64,000 nucleotides of DNA from an uncultured Pseudomonadota bacterium (GCA_903885375.1 CAISIK010000054.1:72789-136788); one strand, 5' to 3'; shown: positions 26,672 to 36,269, counted from the first letter of the stretch. Notes: generated from the sequence alone by a model not told the origin. A program made the numbers and translations.

Positions 26672-28003
26672 CTACGCGAGGACTTCCCCGACGAGATCAT
26701 GCGCCGTGGCCTTCGTGATGCGCACTCGGCGGAACTGGCCCGCTCGGACGCTCTCATCTGTCTCGGTGAGCCAGACGTGCCCATCCACGTCGGGCGCCTG
26801 CCCAGCAAGACGACCCACGAGGACCAGGGGGCTCTCCTTGCTCGGCCCGTCGACGAGGACGGTCTGCTCCGTCTTGATCAACGCCCGGTTCTTCCGGCGA
26901 CTCACCGCGGCCTGGAGCTTCATGAGCTCCTTCTGGCGGGCATTCTTCACCGCCTCGTCGACCTGATGGGGCAGCGAGGCGCCGGGGGTGCCATCCTCCG
27001 GGTAGTACGTGAATACGCCTACCCGGTCGAACTGTTCGGTCTGCACGAAGTCGCACAGCTCGCGGAAGTCCTCGTCGGTTTCCCCAGGGAAGCCCACGAT
27101 GAAGGTGGTGCGGAGCGTGACGTTCGGGATGCGCGCCCGGATGCGCTGGAGGATTTTCTCCTGGCCCGCGCGGCTCACCCCGCGCTTCATGGCCTTCAGC
27201 ATGCGACCGGAGGCGTGCTGCAGGGGGATGTCCACGTACTTGAGCACCCGTTCCTCCTCCGCGATCGCGGCGAGGGCGCTCTCGGGCACCCCGAGGGGGT
27301 ACACGTAATGGAGGCGAATCCACTTCAACGTCTCGATCCGACCCAGCGCGCGCAGGAGCGTGCCCAGATCGGAGCCATTGCTCAGGTCGCGACCGTAGGC
27401 CGTGGAGTCCTGCGAGACGAGGTTCAACTCGACGACGCCTTCATCGCCGAGGCGCTGGGCCTCGGTGACGAGCGAAGGCACCGTTCGACTGCGCATCTTG
27501 CCGCGAAGCTGCGGGATGATGCAGAAGGCGCACCGATGGTCGCAGCCCTCGGACAGCTTCAAGTAGGCGCTGTGCGGCGCCCAGCTGTTCACCCGCGGCG
27601 CCATCTCGTCGTGGATGTAGAGGGGCGTGTCGACGTAGCTCTTCTGCGTGACCTCACGGGTCTGCAGCAGCTCTGCGAGGCGGTGGTACTCACCGGTGCC
27701 GAGGAAGTGGTCCACCTCGGGGAGCTCGACCTCGAGGCTCTTACCGTACCGCTGGACCATGCACCCGGTAACGACGAGGCGCTTGGCCTTGCCGCTCTTT
27801 TTCAGGGCCGCCATCTCGAGGATGGTGTCGATCGACTCCTCGGTGGCCGGGCGGATGAACGAGCAGGTGTTCACCACGATCACGTCGGCGTCTTCCGCCT
27901 CGTTGACCAGCTCGAACGGCCCCTGCCGGAGCTGGCCCACCATTACCTCGGAATCGACACGATTCTTCGGGCAACCCAGCGAGACGAGGTGGACGCGCTC
28001 CAT
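26672..28003 (-). CDS. rimO: Ribosomal protein S12 methylthiotransferase
   Basis: MTTase N-domain (VSLGCPKNRVDSE...VNTCSF), radical SAM CDHRCAFC, and a C-terminal TRAM domain. Confidence 0.9.
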   Translation of the reverse strand: MERVHLVSLGCPKNRVDSEVMVGQLRQGPFELVNEAEDADVIVVNTCSFIRPATEESIDTILEMAALKKSGKAKRLVVTGCMVQRYGKSLEVELPEVDHFLGTGEYHRLAELLQTREVTQKSYVDTPLYIHDEMAPRVNSWAPHSAYLKLSEGCDHRCAFCIIPQLRGKMRSRTVPSLVTEAQRLGDEGVVELNLVSQDSTAYGRDLSNGSDLGTLLRALGRIETLKWIRLHYVYPLGVPESALAAIAEEERVLKYVDIPLQHASGRMLKAMKRGVSRAGQEKILQRIRARIPNVTLRTTFIVGFPGETDEDFRELCDFVQTEQFDRVGVFTYYPEDGTPGASLPHQVDEAVKNARQKELMKLQAAVSRRKNRALIKTEQTVLVDGPSKESPLVLVGRLAGQAPDVDGHVWLTETDESVRAGQFRRVRITKATAHDLVGEVLA

Positions 28004-28678
28004 CTAAAGCTGCACGACGGTCACGCCGGGGGGCGGCTTGAACGTGAAGAGGGCATCCGGCACGTCGCCACCGAGCACCATTCCCGTGAAGTTCATCTTC
28101 ACCACGCTGCCCGTGGCATCCGTGACGTTGAGGTCCTGAAGCAGGTACGAGACCTTCTTGATGGTGAGGTCGAGCGACTTCACGCCGCCGGCCTGACGGG
28201 GCTTCAGCGTGAGCTGGTGCACGGGCTTCGGGGGAACGCCCGGGGGAACGCCCGGGGGAACGAGGGTGACCTCGAAGAGCTCGGAGAGGTGCCCGAGATC
28301 GTCGATCAGCGTCTCCACCCCGGAGGCGCTACCCAGCAGCTTCTGGACGATCACCTGCTTCGAGCTCGCGGCGTACAGCCACTGGGTCGTCCCGTCGCTC
28401 ACCACGGCGTTGGCGAGCGGCAGGCCCAGCTCGAGGCGCATCTTGCGCGGACGCTCCAACTGGATGCGACCACGCTGCTTTTCTTCGACACCCGTGACCG
28501 GATTCTTCACGGTCTGCTGGAAGTCGGAACGGATGGCGGTGACGCCCGCGTAGGTCTTCTGCACTGCGGCGATGATTTCGGGCAGCGTGGTCGGCTCGCC
28601 CGCGGGCCCTGCGAACGCCCTGGCCGGAGCCAGAAGCGCCAGCCCGATCGCGACTGCGGCAATGCACCGGGAAGCCAT
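28004..28678 (-). CDS. lolA: Outer-membrane lipoprotein carrier LolA-like protein
   Basis: Track ORF trimmed to Met-39 (signal peptide MASRCIAAVAIGLALLAPARAFA). AVQKTYAGVTAIRSDFQQTV...GRIQLERPRKMRLE is typical of the LolA N-terminus. Confidence 0.75.
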   Translation of the reverse strand: MASRCIAAVAIGLALLAPARAFAGPAGEPTTLPEIIAAVQKTYAGVTAIRSDFQQTVKNPVTGVEEKQRGRIQLERPRKMRLELGLPLANAVVSDGTTQWLYAASSKQVIVQKLLGSASGVETLIDDLGHLSELFEVTLVPPGVPPGVPPKPVHQLTLKPRQAGGVKSLDLTIKKVSYLLQDLNVTDATGSVVKMNFTGMVLGGDVPDALFTFKPPPGVTVVQL

Positions 28679-28809
28679 CACACACGTCTCCAGACGGGAC
28701 GCGCCCATACTCCACCTGATCATCGGTCGCAAGGTTGAACTCCGGTTGCAGGACTGACGCACCGGCGGCTTGGAGATTCGCCCCCGAGACAATCACTTAC
28801 GGCTGGCGC

Positions 28810-31800
28810 TCAATCCTGGGCGACGACCTTGCGGGGCTTCGCGCCATCGGCCGGGCCCACGATTCCGTTGCGTTCGAGCTGCTCCATCAGCGTACATGCC
28901 CGGTTGTACCCCAGCTTCAGGTGACGCTGGATCATCGAGGTGCTGATCTGCCCCTTCTCGAGCGCGATATCGAGGATCTCGTCGTAGTACCGCGACATCT
29001 CCTCGCCCAGCTCCTCGACCTCCTCTACGGTGCCATCCCCGTCATCCAGCCGGATGGCCGGCGCGTAGTTCGGCTTGCCCTGCGCGCGACAGTAGTCCGC
29101 CACCCGCTTGACCTCCTCGTCACTGAGGAAGGGGCCGTGGATGCGAGTCAGGGCGCTCACGCCCGGCGGGACGAACAGGAGGTCGCCCTTCCCGAGCAGC
29201 GCGTTGGCGCCCATCGCGTCGAGGATGATGCGGCTCTCCGACGCTGTACGGACCTGGTAGGCCAGCCGGGAGGGCATGTTGCTGCGGATGAGCCCCGTCA
29301 CGACGTCGGCGGAGGGCCGCTGCGTGGCCACGATGAGGTGGATGCCGCTGGCCCGCGCCTTCTGGGCGATCCGGGCGATGCTCGTCTCCACGTCCTTGCC
29401 GGCCACCATCATCAGGTCGGCGAGCTCGTCGATCACGACCACGATGTAGGGGAGCTTCTTCGGCGTCGGGAGCAGGCTTCCCTCCGGCCAGTCCGGGTAG
29501 TAGGTGCGGGCCTTCTCGGCCGTCCAGTCCGCGGACTCCGCCTCCACCTTGGCGTTGAAGTTCTCGATGTTCCGTACCTGCCAATCGCCCAGCATGCGGT
29601 AGCGGCGGTCCATCTCCTCGCAGGCCCAGGCCAGCACCTTGCTGGCCAGCGCGGCGTTGGTCACCACCGGGTGCAGGAGGTGCGGAATCTCCTTGTAGAG
29701 CTCGAACTCCAGCATCTTGGGATCGACGAGGATGAGCCTGAGCTCCTCGGGCGTGCGCGTCATCAGCAGGGAGACGAGCATGGCGTTGATGCCAACGCTC
29801 TTGCCCGACCCGGTGGTGCCGCCGACGAGGAGGTGGGGCGTCTTGGCGAGGTCGGCCACGTAGGGCCTCCCCTCGGTGTCCTTGCCGAGCATGATGGGCA
29901 GCGTGTGGCGCTGGTCGCGGAACTCGGACGAGGCGAAGACGTCGCGCGCCCAAACCGTCTGCCGCACCTCGTTCGGCACTTCCACACCGACCACACCACG
30001 GCCCGGGAGGGGGGCCACGATGCGGATCGCGAGCGCCTTCATGGCCATCGCCACGTCGTCGGCCAGCGAGGCGATCTTGCTCAGCTTGATGCCGGGGGCC
30101 GGCTCGTACTCGAACATGGTGATGACCGGACCCGGCCGGATGGCAGAGACGCGGCCCTCCACGCCGAAGTCGCTCAGCTTCGCGGTCAGCTTCGCCGCGA
30201 GGTCACGGAGGCGACCTTCGTTGGTGGCACCCACGATGGCGGGGTGTTCGTCGAGCAGGCCGAGGGGGGGGAGCTGGAACGGGGTGTTGCTCTCGCGGAC
30301 GGCGCCGCCATCGTCGTTGCAGCCGCCGGAGCGCAGGTTGCCCGGCATCACGGCGGCGGCCTTCTTGCCGCGGGCACGGCCGGGGATCGCGTCGGCGGCG
30401 GGGCCCATGTCGAGCACCTCGGCGCTGAACGCGGCGGGCAGGTTCGACGTGGGGGCGGGCGGCTCGGGAAGACGGTCGTCGACTCGCGCGCTCATTCCCG
30501 CGGTACCCCGATCGCCTTCACCCAGCGAGCCCATGCCGAACGCGTTGGAGGCGCGCTCGTGGGGGCTCGTGGGGTCACGCAGCGGCTGGGCGTCCTCGAA
30601 CACGTCGACGTCCTCGTCCTCGTCCGGGATGACTGCGGCGCGGGGGGCGAGCGAGCGGGGCGACGGGACGTCGTACTCGTCCGCTGCGGGGCGCTGTACC
30701 GGCATGGCGGGCTGACGCGGGCGCAGCTCCTCCACGGCGGCGGCCGGCCGGCCTGCCCGCGCGCGAGACGAGCCGACGGCAACGGAGGTGTCGGGATCGA
30801 GCTCAACCTCGACCAGCGTGCGACCGCTCACCCGCGTGGGCTTCTCGGGCTGCGGCGCCGTGAACGCATCCCGGGCGGGGGGCGCTGCCGCGGACCACAC
30901 GCTCCCGTGCACTGAGGGGAGGTCCTCGACCGGTTCTGCCGCCACCACCAGGGCGCCGGCCGACCGACGGGTGAGGCTGCTCTCCAGAGGGCTGGGGGAC
31001 TGCACCACCATCGGCGCGGGAGCTTCCTCGCGCGCCTCGGGCCGCCAGGGCTGCTCCTCCACCACGTCGAGCGGTTCCTGCTCCCACTCCTCGTCCTCTT
31101 CGGCCGGCGCAAACCGGTTTCGGAGCGACTCTCCGGCGCGCGCTGTAACGGCGAGCGCACCTCGACCAGCGGCCACCGTGGCGGCGCCAAGGAAGCGGCC
31201 CACCTTGGGGGTTCCCGACTGAACCCGCTCGACGGTGGCGGCCGCGATGGGCTGCCAATTGATCCCGAAGAGCGCGGTCAGCGCCGCGAGCAGGCCGGTG
31301 GCGACCCCGATCGCGCCGCCGGCCCGGCCGACATGCGAGAGGAGGGCATTTCCCGTCACCACACCGACCAGCCCACCGGCCGGGAAGGCCCGCGTGACCT
31401 CGTGGCCCACGCCGAGGTCGAGCGCCGTGGCCACCATCCAGAGCGCGAATCCGCCGAGCACCCCGTTCCACACCGATCGGTTGACCCGACCCGCCAGCTT
31501 CAACACCAACCACGCCCCGACCACCAGGACGGACCAGCCCGCCCATCCGAAGGCCTGGTACAGCGCGTCGGCCGTGTAGGCCCCGATCGGGCCGCACCAG
31601 TTCAACGTTTCCGCGCCCGGGTTCGCGACCGAGAGCGAAGCATCGGTCGGGGACCATGAGGCCAGGCTGAGCGCCACGAAAGCACTGCCAGCGAGGCCCA
31701 CGAGGGTCAGTATCTGCCCAAGCTGTGCGCGCTTCGGGTCTGGTTCCTCCACCCGCCGGCGCGCCGCCCCGCGGGGACCGCCGTCTCGAGGGGTAGGTCG

Positions 31801-31914
31801 CCGGCCTGCCGCATCGGGCGCGCTCGGACGAGCCGCCGGGCGACGCACCAGCGGCGCAGACTCGACCGCTTCGGCGGCCGTCGTTTCCGGAGTTTCAGTA
31901 CGCAAACGCGCCAC
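28810..31914 (-). CDS. ftsK: DNA translocase FtsK/SpoIIIE
   Basis: GTG start; N-terminal TM helices; long Pro/Ala-rich linker; Walker A GGTTGSGKSVGINAM; C-terminal gamma winged-helix ISTSMIQRHLKLGYNRACTLMEQLE. Confidence 0.92.
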   Translation of the reverse strand: MARLRTETPETTAAEAVESAPLVRRPAARPSAPDAAGRRPTPRDGGPRGAARRRVEEPDPKRAQLGQILTLVGLAGSAFVALSLASWSPTDASLSVANPGAETLNWCGPIGAYTADALYQAFGWAGWSVLVVGAWLVLKLAGRVNRSVWNGVLGGFALWMVATALDLGVGHEVTRAFPAGGLVGVVTGNALLSHVGRAGGAIGVATGLLAALTALFGINWQPIAAATVERVQSGTPKVGRFLGAATVAAGRGALAVTARAGESLRNRFAPAEEDEEWEQEPLDVVEEQPWRPEAREEAPAPMVVQSPSPLESSLTRRSAGALVVAAEPVEDLPSVHGSVWSAAAPPARDAFTAPQPEKPTRVSGRTLVEVELDPDTSVAVGSSRARAGRPAAAVEELRPRQPAMPVQRPAADEYDVPSPRSLAPRAAVIPDEDEDVDVFEDAQPLRDPTSPHERASNAFGMGSLGEGDRGTAGMSARVDDRLPEPPAPTSNLPAAFSAEVLDMGPAADAIPGRARGKKAAAVMPGNLRSGGCNDDGGAVRESNTPFQLPPLGLLDEHPAIVGATNEGRLRDLAAKLTAKLSDFGVEGRVSAIRPGPVITMFEYEPAPGIKLSKIASLADDVAMAMKALAIRIVAPLPGRGVVGVEVPNEVRQTVWARDVFASSEFRDQRHTLPIMLGKDTEGRPYVADLAKTPHLLVGGTTGSGKSVGINAMLVSLLMTRTPEELRLILVDPKMLEFELYKEIPHLLHPVVTNAALASKVLAWACEEMDRRYRMLGDWQVRNIENFNAKVEAESADWTAEKARTYYPDWPEGSLLPTPKKLPYIVVVIDELADLMMVAGKDVETSIARIAQKARASGIHLIVATQRPSADVVTGLIRSNMPSRLAYQVRTASESRIILDAMGANALLGKGDLLFVPPGVSALTRIHGPFLSDEEVKRVADYCRAQGKPNYAPAIRLDDGDGTVEEVEELGEEMSRYYDEILDIALEKGQISTSMIQRHLKLGYNRACTLMEQLERNGIVGPADGAKPRKVVAQD

Positions 31915-31983
31915 GGAGGAACCTCGTCACTCCGCATCCTACCGCCAGACTCTTGACACGTCGAGAGTGAGACGCGAAGCAAC

Positions 31984-32808
31984 CTAGAAGGGTGACTCGG
32001 GAACGTAGACGTGGTCGCCCGGCTTGAGCATGACATCCGCATCGAGACCGCGCAAAACCCGGCGCAGGTTGATGATCGTCTGGCCCTTGCCGCGGATCAG
32101 CTTGACCTTCGAGGTGAGCGCGGAACCATCGGCACCGCCCGCCGCCGCGACGGCCGTGGACAAGGTCATGCCATCGCGGAAAGGGTAGCTCCCGGCCAGC
32201 TTCACGTTGCCATCGACGAAGATCTGCTGGGCGGGCGGGACCGCGAGGGTATCGCCCGGCATGAGCTCGATGTCGGCCGCGGGATCGCCCTTGGTAAGCC
32301 GGTCGAGGTCGACGACGATCACCTGCCGGCTGGCATCGTTCGCGCCGCGCCACACCTCGGCGAGCGGCGTGCTCGGATCGACAAGTCCGCCGGCGCGAAC
32401 GATCAGGTCGCTGACCCGCATGTGCGCGGCGGTGAGCGGGTATTCGCCAGCGTGCGCCACCCCGCCCGTGACCTTGATGATCTTGGAGTTGATCTGTTCG
32501 ACCCGAATGACCACCTGCGGGTTCTTCACGAACCCATCACGCAGTCGAGCCGCGATCTGCTCGCGCGCACCCGCCAGCGTGAAGCCCTGGATGGCCACCC
32601 GACCCGCATACGGGATTTCGACGGCACCATCCGGGCCGATGGGGAAGGAGCCGCTCATGTCGGGCTGGCCAAGCACCTCCACCGCAACCGAATCGCCGAT
32701 CCCCAGCTCGTACGACACGTCGACCGCCAGCGGCTCGGCAGCAGCCGCGATCATGATCTGCATCAAGCAGAGCCACGCGCCCATTAGAAACCGGAAAACC
32801 CGCACCAT
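31984..32808 (-). CDS. Short outer-membrane polysaccharide export (OPX/Wza-family) protein lacking a C-terminal membrane-spanning helix
   Basis: Poly_export-like YELGIGDSVAVEVLGQPDMSGSFPIGPDGAVEIPYAGRVAIQGFTLAGAREQIAARL. Two SLBB-like units follow (KVTGGVAHAGEYPL...LIVRAGG; FVDGNVKLAGSYPF...AVAAAGG). The protein ends at ...KPGDHVYVPESPF after only 274 aa. Confidence 0.8.
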   Translation of the reverse strand: MVRVFRFLMGAWLCLMQIMIAAAAEPLAVDVSYELGIGDSVAVEVLGQPDMSGSFPIGPDGAVEIPYAGRVAIQGFTLAGAREQIAARLRDGFVKNPQVVIRVEQINSKIIKVTGGVAHAGEYPLTAAHMRVSDLIVRAGGLVDPSTPLAEVWRGANDASRQVIVVDLDRLTKGDPAADIELMPGDTLAVPPAQQIFVDGNVKLAGSYPFRDGMTLSTAVAAAGGADGSALTSKVKLIRGKGQTIINLRRVLRGLDADVMLKPGDHVYVPESPF

Positions 32809-32857
32809 CCACCCTGTCCCACACCAAGTTTAGCACCGCACCTGCGCGCGGCATTGC

Positions 32858-34240
32858 TCAATACGTGAAGGTGAGGCCGAGCGTGCCCGAAAAGTCATCG
32901 TACTGCGTGCTGTAGAACACGCCGTCGCAATCCTTGGCCGAGCACGCGCGGCGCGCCCAGGTGCCCGCGGCGCCGGCGGAGAGCCAGGGCGTGATCTGGT
33001 AGGAGGCGTTCACCTTCATGCCGAGGTTCTGGTCGGCACGGGCCACTTCCCCGTGGAACTCATCCATCCGGTAGCTGAGCTCCCCACCCAGACCCAGGCG
33101 GTTCTGGAAGGTACCCTCGTAGCGGAAGAATACAAAGTTGTACGCTACGTAGTTCGTGAAGACCGCATCCTGGAAGTCCTTGCGATAGCCTGCAGTCAGC
33201 GTTTGCCCCCGCAGCGGCGCGTAGGAGACCTGCAGGTTCACGAGGATGCCATCACCGATCGTGGTGTCATCGGCGAAGGTGTCGGAGCCGGTCGTGTTCA
33301 GCTCGTTGGACGACCCCGCCAGCGTGTCAGCGAAAGGATCATCGAGCACCGACTGCTCATCGTAGGTCATGGCCCCGAAGCCAAGGATCGCCGACGCCGC
33401 AAGCTTCTGCGTGAACTGTCCGGTGACACCGGCGGTTGCTCGCCAAGAGTCCGCATCGGGTTTGCCGATGTAGGCACCGAGCTCGGAGCCCTCGACATCC
33501 GGGCCGACCGCTTCGATGAGGTGGTTCTCCCACCGCAGGAAGTTGTACGAGAAGCTCGCGTTCATCGTCGTTTTCGGCAGGAACTTCCAGCTGCCATTCA
33601 CGATGGGGCCGTACTGGAGCCGGTTGTTGTACACCGAAGAGGTGGACGTGGTGAGCACGTCGGGAACCTCGTAGTTGTCGTAGCCAACCTGCCCCAGCGC
33701 CTCGAAGCTCAACGCCGACCCGGGCCGTACGACGACACCGCCGGTGAGGTCGTTGCCCGTGTGCACCACGTTGGCCGTGGCGTTGCCTTCCTGGGTGGGC
33801 AGCTCCGCGGGGATGGCCTGGTTCTCGAAACGGTCGGCCAGCTTGCCGCCGATCAACGAGGTCGGGAACAGCTGCAGCGCGCCGTTGACCGAGACATTGC
33901 CGAACTGGTCGGCATTCTCGGGGTGGAAGTTGTCTTCCGGGTAGAAGTCGATGAACTTCTTGAGGCTGTAGTCGGCCCCGAGATTGAAGAGCACCACGCG
34001 ACCCTTGGCATCGACCAGCACGGCGGGCTTCAAGACCCACGCCAACGCTGAAACTTCCGGGGACTGGGCGCCGCCATCCGACAGGTAGAGGTTGCTGTGC
34101 GCTTCGATGCCGGTCGTGACCGACGGGGTGATGACGCTCTCCCCCACGCGGATGTGATCGCCCGGCTCGGCATGGGCCACGGGCGAAAACCCAAGGGCCA
34201 AGCCGACAAGAGCCGGGGAAAGCAACCATCCACGCTGCAT
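32858..34240 (-). CDS. Outer-membrane beta-barrel protein (candidate porin partner of the adjacent OPX)
   Basis: Track start is TTG at 34270. I prefer ATG at 34240, which gives signal peptide MQRGWLLSPALVGLALGFSPVAHA. The sequence shows alternating hydrophobic/polar beta-strand periodicity throughout and ends with ...SGTLGLTFTY (aromatic C-terminal OMP signature). Confidence 0.7.
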   Translation of the reverse strand: MQRGWLLSPALVGLALGFSPVAHAEPGDHIRVGESVITPSVTTGIEAHSNLYLSDGGAQSPEVSALAWVLKPAVLVDAKGRVVLFNLGADYSLKKFIDFYPEDNFHPENADQFGNVSVNGALQLFPTSLIGGKLADRFENQAIPAELPTQEGNATANVVHTGNDLTGGVVVRPGSALSFEALGQVGYDNYEVPDVLTTSTSSVYNNRLQYGPIVNGSWKFLPKTTMNASFSYNFLRWENHLIEAVGPDVEGSELGAYIGKPDADSWRATAGVTGQFTQKLAASAILGFGAMTYDEQSVLDDPFADTLAGSSNELNTTGSDTFADDTTIGDGILVNLQVSYAPLRGQTLTAGYRKDFQDAVFTNYVAYNFVFFRYEGTFQNRLGLGGELSYRMDEFHGEVARADQNLGMKVNASYQITPWLSAGAAGTWARRACSAKDCDGVFYSTQYDDFSGTLGLTFTY

Positions 34241-34323
34241 CAACAAGACCTCACAACAACTTCCGGGCAAGCCGCTATCCCGGATCGGCGACAGCCGCCC
34301 CCGGGTTTTTCCCCAATCGATGG

Positions 34324-34845
34324 TCAGAAGGCCGTGGTTACTTCAGGTACATCAACGGGGATTTCGGTTTCGATCTCCTCCATCGCGGCCTCGCCACCGG
34401 AGATGGTGCTGCTGCTCTTGCCAGGATCGCCCGCGGCGCTCTTCAAACAGGCCTGCGCCGCCACGAGGGTTTCCTTCGCCGCCGAGAACAGGACCGCCAC
34501 CTGCCGGTAGTCGCTCCGTGCGCGCCCCGTCTTTCCGGACGCGAGGTTCTGCTTCATCGAGGTGTTCGTCTTGCCGACGATCTCCTGGATGGTCTTGAGC
34601 TGAGGCACCTTGGACTCAAGGCACTTGATCAACTCGTCATCCTTCTTCTTGTCCTGCTTCGCCGTTTCGAGCAGCTTGTTGACCGTGACGACCGCCGCAT
34701 CGATCTCGGCGATCATCTCGGCTGCGCCCTCGGTCATTTCCTTCGGCGTGCTGTTCGAGGAATCCTCCAACGTGGTGGCGATTCCCGGCGTGGCCGCCGA
34801 CGCCGATCCGGCGAGCGTGCAGAGCAACGAGGCGAGTACGAACAT
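34324..34845 (-). CDS. Secreted Lys/Glu-rich helical protein, unknown function
   Basis: Signal peptide MFVLASLLCTLAGSASA. Predicted helical repeats. GC is visibly lower than in the neighbouring genes. A GGAG sits 7 nt upstream of the ATG. Confidence 0.6.
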   Translation of the reverse strand: MFVLASLLCTLAGSASAATPGIATTLEDSSNSTPKEMTEGAAEMIAEIDAAVVTVNKLLETAKQDKKKDDELIKCLESKVPQLKTIQEIVGKTNTSMKQNLASGKTGRARSDYRQVAVLFSAAKETLVAAQACLKSAAGDPGKSSSTISGGEAAMEEIETEIPVDVPEVTTAF

Positions 34846-34931
34846 TTTCGCTCCGGTTAGGCAGGGGTCGGAACCAGCATAGCGCGGGAGCGCCGCTGCC
34901 GCTCAGAAATCGCGCCTACCCGCCGACGCAG

Positions 34932-36269
34932 CTACTGACCCGAAACGACCCAGGCCCACTCATCGACGGTCGCCGTGACCGACTCGTCGAAGCGCATGGA
35001 GCGAACCGTCTTGGCCACGCAGTTGCCGAGCTCCTCGTTGCCGGTGGTGTTCTTCTTGACCACCGCACCCGAAACCTTGCCAGCCTGGATGACCCAGCCC
35101 ACCGCGATGCGGCCGTTGGTGCCCGAGTCCTTCTTCAGCGCCTGCTGCACGCAGGTCTCGATCGCGCCCTTCTTGAGGCGGACCACTCGCCCGATGTCGG
35201 CGGGATCGCCTTCGTCGGTCTGCACGTCGCCATCGCCGCCCTCGACCTTGGCCTTCTTTACGACCACGGCCACACCATCGCCCGTTCCGGCCTTGCCGGC
35301 ATTGGCCTGGGTGATCCCCACCGTGGCATCGCCAGAGCCGCCCTTGCCGCCCGTCTTGAGGCCGGCGTTGCCCTGCGTGGCCATCTCCACGCCGCTCACG
35401 CCATCGAGCGCGCTCGCGAGCGACCCCGACTGGGCCTGCTCGTTGCCGAGGATGTTGTCGACGAACTCGTCGGTACCCACACCATTGGTGCCGAGCGCCT
35501 GGATCACCAGCGACTTCTTGGCCACCGACTCCACGCTCGCCGGCGTCTGTGCGGCCGGGGGCGCATCCTCCGCCTTCGGTGCTTCCTTCGGCTTCTCGGG
35601 AACGGGCTCATCCGCGCCGGGCTCCGGCGCGATTTCCACCACCGGCTTGGGGAGCTCCAGACGATCCACGATGAGGTCGGCCGCGTCATCCACGTGATCG
35701 AGCGCGTTGTCTTCCACGGGCGGCAGGATCAGGATCGCCACGTAGAACAGCACGGCGATGAGGTTGAATACGCCGAACAGCCCGAGAAAAAGCGGGTCGT
35801 CGTCGTTGAAGAAGCGAGGCCGGAAGTCGGCAGCGGTCAGCGCGCGCACCGGCTCGGGTGGCGCGTTGACGAACTGGAAAAGCAGGGTGGTGTTTCCAAA
35901 CGCGAGCTTCCCACGCACGTTTTCGTTCAGCTGGAGGACGTGGTGCTCACCCCGCTTCGACATCTCGCCGCGCGTGCGGAGGTCGCTCAGGTCACGAATG
36001 CCATCCTTCCAGGAAATCTTCCCTTCCACATGCTCCGGCACCACGAGCTGGTAGCTGCCGCCACCGGCCACGAAAAGCGCGTGCATTACGCCAAGATTCG
36101 CCGTCGGAATCTGGAAGCTCGCCTTCGGCCCCGAGCCCACGGTCACGGCCTCGCCCGCGCGGATCAGCCGCTCCTGCGCGATCTTGCCGTCCTGCACCAC
36201 TCCGATCCGGAGCACCTTCGGCAGCGTCTTGGCGGTGGGTTGCGGTTGTGCGGCAGCGGACATGGTCAC
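34932..36269 (-). CDS. FHA-like / TM / Pro-rich linker / TonB_C-like (AgmX-PglI-type C-terminal domain) protein; GltG/GltJ-like
   Basis: The N-terminus VLRIGVVQDGKIAQERLIRAGEAVTVGSGPKASFQIP...GNTTLLFQF is FHA-like. TM segment is LFLGLFGVFNLIAVLFYVAILIL. Linker is PKPVVEIAPEPGADEPVPEKPKEAPKAEDAPPAAQTP. The C-terminus is IETCVQQALKKDSGTNGRIAVGWVIQAGKVSGAVVKKNTTGNEELGNCVAKTVRSMRF. Confidence 0.7.
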   Translation of the reverse strand: MTMSAAAQPQPTAKTLPKVLRIGVVQDGKIAQERLIRAGEAVTVGSGPKASFQIPTANLGVMHALFVAGGGSYQLVVPEHVEGKISWKDGIRDLSDLRTRGEMSKRGEHHVLQLNENVRGKLAFGNTTLLFQFVNAPPEPVRALTAADFRPRFFNDDDPLFLGLFGVFNLIAVLFYVAILILPPVEDNALDHVDDAADLIVDRLELPKPVVEIAPEPGADEPVPEKPKEAPKAEDAPPAAQTPASVESVAKKSLVIQALGTNGVGTDEFVDNILGNEQAQSGSLASALDGVSGVEMATQGNAGLKTGGKGGSGDATVGITQANAGKAGTGDGVAVVVKKAKVEGGDGDVQTDEGDPADIGRVVRLKKGAIETCVQQALKKDSGTNGRIAVGWVIQAGKVSGAVVKKNTTGNEELGNCVAKTVRSMRFDESVTATVDEWAWVVSGQ

